64,000 bases of DNA, from positions 32,001 through 96,000 of the IMG/VR virus record IMGVR_UViG_3300023179_000031, one strand, 5' to 3'. The stretch is from a virus. A model generated the notes under the pieces. It saw nothing but the letters and a program-made list of their open reading frames with translations, was not told the origin of the DNA and ran no database searches. Both the position numbers and the translations under genes were made by a program. Shown in pieces: positions 1 through 9,632 of this stretch; the stretch's first letter is position 1, and every line of letters starts with the position of its first letter.

Positions 1-406
1 CATAAAAGACGCAATAATTGATTTGCGTACTACTTGTCATAGGATGGAAACAAGGCAAAAAGTTATAGAACAACGAACAAAAGCATCTCTACATTATAGC
101 CAAGCCGCCCTATTTGAAACTGACAATGAGGGGCGTTTAGTTTGGAGTAATGTTAATTTTTGTGAATTTATGAAAGATATCTCCTCTAATTTAGAGGGTT
201 ATGATTGGTTGAATTGCATAGACGAAGAAGACAGAGAAGACCTTTTACAAGAATTCAAATCTTGCCTACATCTTAATCGTAAATTCGTCAGAATAACCAA
301 AATGCAGAATGGTATGGTAATAAGGATGACGGGATATCCATATAGGATAAATGAAGAAAAACAAGATGGGTTTTTAGTTAGCGTTTCAGAACAAAAAGAG
401 GTATAA
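1..406 (+). CDS. PAS-domain protein (5'-truncated by window edge)
   Basis: Frame is open from position 2 (IKDAIIDLRTT...). ALFETDNEGRLVWSNVNFCEF...LEGYDWLNCIDEEDRE is a typical PAS signature, preceded by a coiled-coil-like stretch. Confidence 0.75.
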   Translation, partial: IKDAIIDLRTTCHRMETRQKVIEQRTKASLHYSQAALFETDNEGRLVWSNVNFCEFMKDISSNLEGYDWLNCIDEEDREDLLQEFKSCLHLNRKFVRITKMQNGMVIRMTGYPYRINEEKQDGFLVSVSEQKEV

Positions 407-408
407 CT

Positions 409-624
409 ATGTCAGCCAAATATTCTTTAGATAGAAAAGATGCTCTTGGTTTAGTAAAGAATGCAGTTTTAGTCGGTTTAGCCGCTGTTTTAACCTATGT
501 TGGTGAACATTTAAGTTCACTAGACTTGGGTGCAAATGGCGTACTATTAGTACCTGTGGTAACAATTGTTATCGACAGTGTTGTTAAATGGGCTAAAGGC
601 AATGTAAAAGAGGAAGTAAAGTAA
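409..624 (+). CDS. Small two-TM membrane protein, holin-like
   Basis: 71 aa with two hydrophobic helices and a charged C-terminus (KWAKGNVKEEVK). GAGG RBS upstream; its stop overlaps the peptidase start. Confidence 0.55.
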   Translation: MSAKYSLDRKDALGLVKNAVLVGLAAVLTYVGEHLSSLDLGANGVLLVPVVTIVIDSVVKWAKGNVKEEVK

Positions 625-1541
625 TGTTTAAAACACCAAATGAGCTATTAAAAGCTTATAGAGATGGATTTAATGGCTCTTGGTGCGATCCAGAGGATGT
701 GGCAAAACTCTTAGGGGAATTGCCACATCCATTGTTTGGAGCCGCAGCATATGGGCTATTTGGTACTGGCGAAGGCAAAATTGCTCTTCCATTCAAAAAT
801 CTACTAAAATTCGATCCAACATTTGGACCTTCAGAAAGACAAGTTCAGGGAGACTGTGTTTCCCATGCAACACGTAATAGCGTAGACGTTACACGTAGTT
901 GCGAAATAATAGGTGGTCAGCGAGAAGATTTCGTAGCCCGTGGAGCTACTGAGGCTATTTATGGCTCTCGCGGACACGGAGGTGAAGGTATGTCCTGTTC
1001 TGGTGCGGCGAGGTTCGTTCACCAAACTGGCGGTATTCTTCTTCGTAAAAAATATGATAAGTATGACTTGTCAGCATATAGTGCTATAGGTGGATCATGG
1101 GGCAGAAGTGGAGTTCCAGATGATCTAGTCAAAGAAGCTGTTAAACATCAAGTTAAAACAATTAGTCTAATTAATACCGTAGCCCAAGCTAGAGATGCTT
1201 TAGCTAATGGTTACTCTATTAGCGTATGTAGTAATGTTGGATTTAGTTCTCGTAGAGATAAATATGGTATAGCAAAAAGAAGTGGCTCTTGGGGTCACGC
1301 GATGGCTTGGATAGGAATGGATGATTCTCATGAAATATATAATGAAACATTATTTTTAGTCCAAAATTCGTGGGGTGTATGGAATGGCGGCGAAAAACGA
1401 CTTGATCAACCAGATGGAAGTTTTTGGATTCGACAAAGCGATGCCGAAGATATGCTATCACAAAATGGCTCTTGGGTATTTAGTGATGTAGATGGATTCC
1501 CACCACGCAAGGTTGATTGGACCATTGACGAGGTATTTTAA
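624..1541 (+). CDS. Papain-like cysteine peptidase (C1 family)
   Basis: Catalytic motifs QVQGDCVSHA (Gln/Cys), WGHAMAWIG (His) and VQNSWG (Asn). Confidence 0.85.
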   Translation: MFKTPNELLKAYRDGFNGSWCDPEDVAKLLGELPHPLFGAAAYGLFGTGEGKIALPFKNLLKFDPTFGPSERQVQGDCVSHATRNSVDVTRSCEIIGGQREDFVARGATEAIYGSRGHGGEGMSCSGAARFVHQTGGILLRKKYDKYDLSAYSAIGGSWGRSGVPDDLVKEAVKHQVKTISLINTVAQARDALANGYSISVCSNVGFSSRRDKYGIAKRSGSWGHAMAWIGMDDSHEIYNETLFLVQNSWGVWNGGEKRLDQPDGSFWIRQSDAEDMLSQNGSWVFSDVDGFPPRKVDWTIDEVF

Positions 1542-4500
1542 GTGGCATCACATTATCAAAATATGTTGTTAAGAAGAGGCGAGCTAACAGAACTAAACGC
1601 CTCTAATCCTATTCTGGCATCTGGTGAGCCAGCTTTCGCAGTAGACAGTAATACATTTAAAATTGGTAATGGTGTTGACTCTTGGCAGACTTTAGATAGG
1701 TTTGTAACAACTGGAGATATTAAAGCTACTATAGCTACTATCTCTATTCCAAGCATTGCTATAAATCAATCTCATACTATCGTTATTGATTTTGAAGGAG
1801 TAAATTTAGATGAAAAATATGCTATATTTGCATCTCCAGTATCATCTCTTCCAGACGGTTTAGTTGTTGCTTATTCTTTTGTAAATGATACAGACAAGGT
1901 GTCAATTAATATACGAAATACATCATTAGATTATATTGACGCTGGAAACGCTAATGATTCTGGAAACGCCCCATCGTCTCAATCAGTACCTAATATTGAT
2001 TTTTATGTTGTAGCATACCTAGTGCAATCTACAACGACAACAACTACAACGACAACAACTTTACCACCAGTATCAGATTCTGTATTTAGTTTTGGATACA
2101 ATGAATTTGGTCAACTTGGAGTAAATAATACAATCTCAAGAGCAGAGCCAGAACAAGTGGTTGGAAATCATACTTGGAAAACATTGTCTGCTGGTCATTA
2201 TCATAGTCTTGGTATTGATATAAATGATGATTTATATTCCTTTGGTTACAACTACTATGGTCAACTTGGACTTGGAAATTCTGGAGCTAGTACAAATAGA
2301 AAAGTTCCAACCAAAGTCTCAAGCAACTATATAGAAAATAATGTATATAGCTCTGGAGCAAAGTGGAATAAAGTTTCTGCTGGAGCTTACCACTCATTAG
2401 CAATAGATTCTGGAAATAAACTATTTGCTTTTGGGTCTAATGCTCATGGAAGTTTAGGACTTGGAGATTTATCGCCAAGAACAATTCCAACTATGGTTGG
2501 TACTAACGTTAATTATCTACCATTATCAACAGAAACTCCAGAAGAAATATCAATTATAAACAATGAGTATGTTTTTTCTGGAATTAAACAAGATTATGCT
2601 GGACAAGTAAGATATCTATTACCAAGTGGCCAATACATTATCAGCGGAGTACCAATTGAGTATCCAATCGCTGTATTAAACGCTGGTAAAACAAATCTTA
2701 TATCATATTCTGGTGAAAGTTTTGCTGGATCATCAATACTTGCTGGAACAACAGCAGATGGTATGTATAATTTCTATTATGGAAATATTTATGTTAATGT
2801 AAGTGGAAATTATGATAAGGTTAGCACTCATACTATATCTGACGGATATATGGGTGGAGAAAACATATTTTATTACGCTGATCCAGATATTGGTTGGCAA
2901 GATGTTTCCGCTGGAAACTATCACTCATTAGCTATTAAAAATGGTGAACTATATTCATTTGGACATAATACATTTGGTCAATTAGGCACCGGAGATAATG
3001 AGAATAAATATCTACCAACCAAAGTAGGAACAAAGACAAACTGGACAAAGGTTTATGCTGGTAATTATCACTCTTTAGCTATTGATAGCAGTGGAGCCTT
3101 GTGGTCTTTTGGTTCTAATAATCATGGACAATTAGGGCTTGGGGATAGTCTCAATAGAAACGTTCCCACAAAAGTAAGCGGCGTATGGCAAGCATTTGAA
3201 GATTTTAACTTCTCTAATTTATCTTCATCTAGCTCTGTGGGATTTGATGATGAGAAATTTGTCTTTAACTACTCAAATAATAAACAATATTCATACGAAG
3301 ATAGATATTTATTATCAAATGGCACGTATGTTATCAGTGGAGTTCCTAGCGGACTACCACTTGCTATTTTAAATGACGGAAAGCAGCAGCAAATTAGTTA
3401 TTCTGGCACAAATTATTATGGATCTAAAACGCTAACTGGCACAACTAACAACGGAACATACAATTTTTATTATGGCACATTAACAGTGCGTGTTAGTGGA
3501 GACTTTGAAAAAGTTAGCACACATACATATAATAGCGGATATATGGGTGGTGAAAACATATTCTACTATAATAGGCAGTTAAATTCTTGGTCAGATGCTT
3601 CTGCTGGTGTTGATTTTTCTATAGCTTTAGATCATAACAATAATCTATGGTCATTTGGTAAAAACGATCATGGCCAACTAGGTTTAAATGATGATACATC
3701 TCGTAATCTACCAGCTAAACTTCCGCTATCAAATTGGCAAAGCGTTGATGCTGGAGCAAACCACGTTCTAACTGTAAATTCAAATAAAGAGTTGTGGTCA
3801 TTTGGTGGTAATAATAATGGGCAATTGGGCCTTGGTGATCGCACAGATAGATATGAACCAACAAAAGTCAATAGTGAAATACGTTGGAGCAAACCAAAAG
3901 CTGGTGGTAATCATTCTTTAGTAACTGTATTTTCATATTATCCTTCAGCCCCAACAAATATTACAGTTAAAAATGGATCTGATGTTTCATCCGCCGGAAC
4001 AAAAGAGTTAGAAGTTTCTTGGACACTAACAACATCAGAAGAAGAAGGAATTACAAATTATATAGTTCAATATTCAACTGACGGTGGATCTCACTGGGTA
4101 ACTGTAACAAAACCAGTTTCTACAAATAAATATTTCACAGTAACCGGCCTAGAAAATGGCACAAATTATATTTTCAAAATTGCGGCAGTAAATTATTTTG
4201 GACAAGGCGCATTTAGTGTGAATAGCTCACCAAAAGCTCCTAGCGAAGTTGTTGATGCTGATTTTTGCAACGTTCTATTTCTATCACATCTAGATGGCAA
4301 TAATAATTCAGAAGTGTTTACAGATATATCTAAATATCACTGGACAGCAACAAAAGAAGGATCTGCTAAGATATCTACCAATGATAGTAAATTTGGTGGA
4401 TCTAGCGCACTATTTGATGGTATAGGTGGCTTAACGTTTGGTAGTGGTTCAGAATTTAACTTATCTGGTAATTTCACTATAGAATGCTTCTTCAGACCAG

Positions 4501-4949
4501 TATCTTACTCATACGCCAATCCACAAGCGTTATTACATGGTAATAAATTACTATCTACAAATACTGCTGAAAATGGTTGGGGAATTTACTCAGATCATGG
4601 CGTTATTAGCATACAACATAAAGTAAATGGCGCAACTGTAGAAATATTAAGATCTAATATAACTCTACCATTAAATACTTGGAGTCATATTGCTTGGGTT
4701 AGAAATGGTCTAACAAATTCGTTATATATTAATGGCACAAAGAGATCTGCCGACTCAATATCTGCCGGATCAGCACCTCAATATCATGATACATCACTAG
4801 ATATTGGGACTAGAATTAGTACTGGCAGTCTAGATCACAGAAATATCTATGGATATATAGATGAAGTTAGGGTAAGTAAACTAGCAAGATACTCATCAGC
4901 AAATTACACGGTGCCGAGTAGGTCATTTGGTGTAAATACTTGTGAATAA
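1542..4949 (+). CDS. Modular fibre/adhesin: Mtd_N-like anchor, poly-Thr, RCC1 repeats, FN3, LamG
   Basis: LRRG..NPILASGEPAFAVDSNTFKIGNG (Mtd_N/hyaluronidase-N type); many SFGxNxxGQLGLG / SAGxYHSLAI RCC1 repeats; FN3 (PSAPTNITV...LENGTNYIFKIAAVN); C-terminal LamG (GYIDEVRVS). Confidence 0.85.
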   Translation: MASHYQNMLLRRGELTELNASNPILASGEPAFAVDSNTFKIGNGVDSWQTLDRFVTTGDIKATIATISIPSIAINQSHTIVIDFEGVNLDEKYAIFASPVSSLPDGLVVAYSFVNDTDKVSINIRNTSLDYIDAGNANDSGNAPSSQSVPNIDFYVVAYLVQSTTTTTTTTTTLPPVSDSVFSFGYNEFGQLGVNNTISRAEPEQVVGNHTWKTLSAGHYHSLGIDINDDLYSFGYNYYGQLGLGNSGASTNRKVPTKVSSNYIENNVYSSGAKWNKVSAGAYHSLAIDSGNKLFAFGSNAHGSLGLGDLSPRTIPTMVGTNVNYLPLSTETPEEISIINNEYVFSGIKQDYAGQVRYLLPSGQYIISGVPIEYPIAVLNAGKTNLISYSGESFAGSSILAGTTADGMYNFYYGNIYVNVSGNYDKVSTHTISDGYMGGENIFYYADPDIGWQDVSAGNYHSLAIKNGELYSFGHNTFGQLGTGDNENKYLPTKVGTKTNWTKVYAGNYHSLAIDSSGALWSFGSNNHGQLGLGDSLNRNVPTKVSGVWQAFEDFNFSNLSSSSSVGFDDEKFVFNYSNNKQYSYEDRYLLSNGTYVISGVPSGLPLAILNDGKQQQISYSGTNYYGSKTLTGTTNNGTYNFYYGTLTVRVSGDFEKVSTHTYNSGYMGGENIFYYNRQLNSWSDASAGVDFSIALDHNNNLWSFGKNDHGQLGLNDDTSRNLPAKLPLSNWQSVDAGANHVLTVNSNKELWSFGGNNNGQLGLGDRTDRYEPTKVNSEIRWSKPKAGGNHSLVTVFSYYPSAPTNITVKNGSDVSSAGTKELEVSWTLTTSEEEGITNYIVQYSTDGGSHWVTVTKPVSTNKYFTVTGLENGTNYIFKIAAVNYFGQGAFSVNSSPKAPSEVVDADFCNVLFLSHLDGNNNSEVFTDISKYHWTATKEGSAKISTNDSKFGGSSALFDGIGGLTFGSGSEFNLSGNFTIECFFRPVSYSYANPQALLHGNKLLSTNTAENGWGIYSDHGVISIQHKVNGATVEILRSNITLPLNTWSHIAWVRNGLTNSLYINGTKRSADSISAGSAPQYHDTSLDIGTRISTGSLDHRNIYGYIDEVRVSKLARYSSANYTVPSRSFGVNTCE

Positions 4950-4975
4950 TATCATCAGTCAAATTAGGAGTTTTT

Positions 4976-5293
4976 ATGGGCGCTAAATATCCAAAAGTAC
5001 AGTTTAAAAAAGCAACAGAGGCTGAATTTATAGCCGCTGGCACAGTTTTAGCGTCTGGAGAACCCGGATGGGCAACAGATTCTAAAACTTTCAAAATTGG
5101 TGATGGTTCAACATCTTGGGCATCATTAAGTGGTATTGGAACATATGGTGGCACACCAGCTAATATGGTATTTAGCACAACAACGGGGATTACTGGAGCA
5201 TCTGGTATTCTAAACATTGTGCAAATAAGTCAAGCAAATTTTAATGCTCTTGGATCATACAGTCCCAATACAGCTTATTTGATTGTAGGTTAA
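4976..5293 (+). CDS. Short Mtd_N-like tail-fibre protein
   Basis: VLASGEPGWATDSKTFKIGDGSTSW is paralogous to the N-terminus of the 1542 ORF. AGGAG RBS upstream. Confidence 0.75.
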   Translation: MGAKYPKVQFKKATEAEFIAAGTVLASGEPGWATDSKTFKIGDGSTSWASLSGIGTYGGTPANMVFSTTTGITGASGILNIVQISQANFNALGSYSPNTAYLIVG

Positions 5294-5294
5294 C

Positions 5295-7937
5295 ATGCCA
5301 ATTAAATTTGGAAATGTTGGCATTAGCGGTATAGTATGTGCTAATGCTAGCTCAACTCTTTCTGACGTTTCTGGAGTAGCTATAACAAATAGCTCTGGTC
5401 AGCTTGTTGGGATAATAAGCCTACCAAATAACTTTACTAAGTTAAAGTCAGAAGGTTCTAGAATTGCTGGATTTACTATTACTGGTATTAGAGATGATTT
5501 ATTAATACCATTTAATAAAAGCACATCTGGCGAAGATCTTACATTCAATAGATCCGATGTAATTGATTTTATTTCTTACGAACCAGACGGATTAGTAATA
5601 GAGAGTAATGAATATTCTATTGATTTAGATTCTAATGAGCAAGTCAATTTCAAATTCTATTACCCATTCAATCAAAATAAGTTTGTTCCAGATAGAACGC
5701 TTATAGCTTCTAATATCTCTTCTTTGCTTTACTTTTTGCAACAACAAGATGCGGATGTTACAACTACAATACAAAATGCATTCAATTTTAACATAAATGA
5801 TTTTATTAGTCCTAGCGGAAATGATTCAACGGTAGCATTTAGTGAAATTACTCAAGCGGTTGAAGCTAGTAAAAGAATAGCAGTATTAGTACAAGCAACA
5901 ACGTCTGCTGTTCAAGGGGTAAGTGAAGCAGACTGTTTTCAAGCTTTAGCTATAAATGTTGCTACTGAAACAACGGCTAGGTCTGGAGTTCAAACATTTT
6001 TTGAAGAAAAATCATCTGGTATTATTCTTTCAACTATAGCCAATTCTTCTGGATTGACTAGCATTGCAGAATTACCAGAAGAAGTAGTTAATCAAACTAT
6101 CAATCTAGCAACTAATATTAATTATATTTCAAACAAGGATATAGAAAATTATGATAGAGGAAATCAAATTTCTTCTATTGTTCTAATAAAAAATATATTA
6201 CAACAGGGTATTGACTTAAGAGAAAGCAACGAAACGGTAGCAAATACTATAAGCCAAAAAGTTGAAACTATAGCCAGCGGAATACTTGGCGAAAATTATA
6301 TTCAAAGCTGTGATATAACAATTACTGGAAATATTCCAAACACTACTAGCACAACAACTTCGACTACTACAACAACCACATCTGCTCCACAAAATAATGA
6401 TATATATTGGGACAATGTTACGCTATTGATGCATGGCGATGATTCATTTAACGATTATAGTAAATATTCTCGCCCAATAAGCGCTTCGAATGCTACTATT
6501 ACATCTAATTCTAAGTTTGGAAACGGAGCAATGTTATTTTCTGCCAGCAACTCCGACGTTGGAACACAAAGCTGGACTCCATTTGGAACAGGTGATTTCA
6601 CAGTTGAGTGCTGGATCAATCCTAGCAATATGGGGGAAGCGTACATGTACATACTCCATGCTGGATACAATGAATCTAATACTTGTGGATTTAATGTGAC
6701 GGGAGGTTCTACTGGCAATTATCTGCGAGTAGATGGACCAATTTCTGGATATGGATTCGGACCAAACCACGGAATAACAACTAATCAATGGTATCATATA
6801 GCATATTGTCGCCAAAATGGGTATATGCGAGCATTTGTAAATGGTAATCCATTAGGTTCTGCGCCTATTTTTGTTCCAGATAATTTTGCAAATACAAAGT
6901 TGTATATAGGCAATGCTTTTAATGGAGAAAGTTATTTCCGTGGAATTATAGATGAATTACGAATAACTTCTGGTATATCTCGTTATGATTTGAATTCCAG
7001 CTTCACGCCACCTGAATATGCTTTTGGTTCTAGTACTACTAGTACAACAACGACTACTACCACCACCACAACTACCACCCTTCCACCTACAACAACCACC
7101 ACCACCACAACTACCACCCTTCCACCTACAACTACCACTACAACAACTACCACCACAACGACTACTACCACCACCACAACTACCACCCTTCCACCTACAA
7201 CTACCACTATAACAACTACCACCACAACGACTACTACCACCACCACAACTACCACCCTTCCACCTACAACTACCACTATAACAACAACCACAACTGCCAA
7301 TCCATTCACACCAAGAGCAGTTTTATTAACAAGTGGATCGTCATCATATGTTGTTCCCTCTGGAGCTACCACAATGAAAGCGTGGGCTATTGGCTCTGGA
7401 GGAAATAGTTATTTTTCAGGATCTCAACCATGTGGAGCAGGTGGATGTTCATATAAAACATGGTCTGTCTCAGGTGGTCAGTCTGTTACATATAGCGTAG
7501 GAAGTTACCCAAGCGCTGGTAACGGAAATCAATCTACAATAACTTTTGGGGGAGTAACAATTAGCGGAGGCGGTGGCGGTCAATTTGGTAGTGGTGGTTC
7601 TTATTCTGGCGGTGACGGGGGAGCTATTGGTGGAAGCGGTGTTGTTTTTGGTGATGGGTCAAGAGCAGGATTTGGCTCTGCTAGCGGCGCTGTTGGTGGA
7701 AACGGAATAAGAAAATCATGTGGACGTTTTGCTGCTACAGATGTTAGCGGATTAATTGCGGCAGTTTCATTAGCTGGAGGTAAAACTGTGGAAGATTGCG
7801 GAACAGTTGCGGCATTTGGGTCTGGTGGATATAATGATAAATATACAAATAAAAACGCAGGCATAGGCGGTGGCTTTGTCGGCGGATGGGCTAACTCTCA
7901 AGGAGGAGGCGGGGCTGTAATCCTGTATTTTACATGA
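5295..7937 (+). CDS. Modular virion protein: N-domain, poly-Thr, LamG, long poly-Thr, Gly-rich domain
   Basis: LamG motifs (DFTVECWINP, NQWYHIAYCR, GIIDELRIT) lie between two Thr tracts. The C-terminal Gly-rich domain ends GGGAVILYF. Confidence 0.8.
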   Translation: MPIKFGNVGISGIVCANASSTLSDVSGVAITNSSGQLVGIISLPNNFTKLKSEGSRIAGFTITGIRDDLLIPFNKSTSGEDLTFNRSDVIDFISYEPDGLVIESNEYSIDLDSNEQVNFKFYYPFNQNKFVPDRTLIASNISSLLYFLQQQDADVTTTIQNAFNFNINDFISPSGNDSTVAFSEITQAVEASKRIAVLVQATTSAVQGVSEADCFQALAINVATETTARSGVQTFFEEKSSGIILSTIANSSGLTSIAELPEEVVNQTINLATNINYISNKDIENYDRGNQISSIVLIKNILQQGIDLRESNETVANTISQKVETIASGILGENYIQSCDITITGNIPNTTSTTTSTTTTTTSAPQNNDIYWDNVTLLMHGDDSFNDYSKYSRPISASNATITSNSKFGNGAMLFSASNSDVGTQSWTPFGTGDFTVECWINPSNMGEAYMYILHAGYNESNTCGFNVTGGSTGNYLRVDGPISGYGFGPNHGITTNQWYHIAYCRQNGYMRAFVNGNPLGSAPIFVPDNFANTKLYIGNAFNGESYFRGIIDELRITSGISRYDLNSSFTPPEYAFGSSTTSTTTTTTTTTTTTLPPTTTTTTTTTTLPPTTTTTTTTTTTTTTTTTTTTLPPTTTTITTTTTTTTTTTTTTTLPPTTTTITTTTTANPFTPRAVLLTSGSSSYVVPSGATTMKAWAIGSGGNSYFSGSQPCGAGGCSYKTWSVSGGQSVTYSVGSYPSAGNGNQSTITFGGVTISGGGGGQFGSGGSYSGGDGGAIGGSGVVFGDGSRAGFGSASGAVGGNGIRKSCGRFAATDVSGLIAAVSLAGGKTVEDCGTVAAFGSGGYNDKYTNKNAGIGGGFVGGWANSQGGGGAVILYFT
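7030..7295 (+). repeat. Tandem repeats encoding a (T)nLPP mucin-like linker
   Basis: CTTCCACCT recurs at 7080, 7119, 7188 and 7257 (periods 39, 69, 69 bp) with near-identical flanking ACN codons. Confidence 0.95.
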
Positions 7938-8434
7938 GCGAAATTTTACGATCACCAATAACAAATAATGCAGTTATGCTAATTCCCAGAAATGGTTCTC
8001 ATTCTTTGGCTATTTCAGCTATGAGAACTTTTTGGCCAGATATTGCAATTTCTGACGAATCACATCCCGCCACATTTTTTGGAGAAGAAGAGTGGTGGAA
8101 TGGCGCTAATCAAAATGTCGCCATCGTTGTTCGAAATCCTATAGAGAGATTTCGTTCAATGTGTGCGCATAGACCACAAAAAACATTAGAAGAACATCTT
8201 GATAACCCCGTATATGGACCACTTCCAAGCGGTAATTTTGTTAGATATTTTAGATTTGAAGATCAATTAAATGAAGCTGCGACATGGCTTGGTCTTCCTA
8301 CTCCACTTCCTAAAGAAGATGCCACGGATGAAGCGAATAAACCCATCCTTACAATAGAGCAAGAAATTAAAGTTCGTGAAATTTATGCAAATGATATTAA
8401 ACTTTGGGAAAGTCTTCAAATAAATAATCCATAA
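7934..8434 (+). CDS. Sulfotransferase-like protein (Sulfotransfer_2-type, short)
   Basis: IPRNGSHS (5'-PSB-like), VRNPIERFRS (3'-PB), FRFED and VREIYAND motifs. ATGA overlap with the upstream gene. Confidence 0.6.
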   Translation: MSEILRSPITNNAVMLIPRNGSHSLAISAMRTFWPDIAISDESHPATFFGEEEWWNGANQNVAIVVRNPIERFRSMCAHRPQKTLEEHLDNPVYGPLPSGNFVRYFRFEDQLNEAATWLGLPTPLPKEDATDEANKPILTIEQEIKVREIYANDIKLWESLQINNP

Positions 8435-8445
8435 AGGAAAATATA

Positions 8446-9558
<1,113 letters not shown>

Positions 9559-9632
9559 TCTGCGGAACCTAAATTAGAATTAGAAAAAATACACTTATAC
9601 ACTCACAATATATAATATCAAGAGACAATTAA

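Noticed and set aside
1542-5293. Diversity-generating retroelement suggested by Mtd_N-like domains
   Set aside because: No reverse transcriptase or Avd gene, and no TR/VR pair differing only at adenines was seen. Mtd_N is just a fibre anchor domain.
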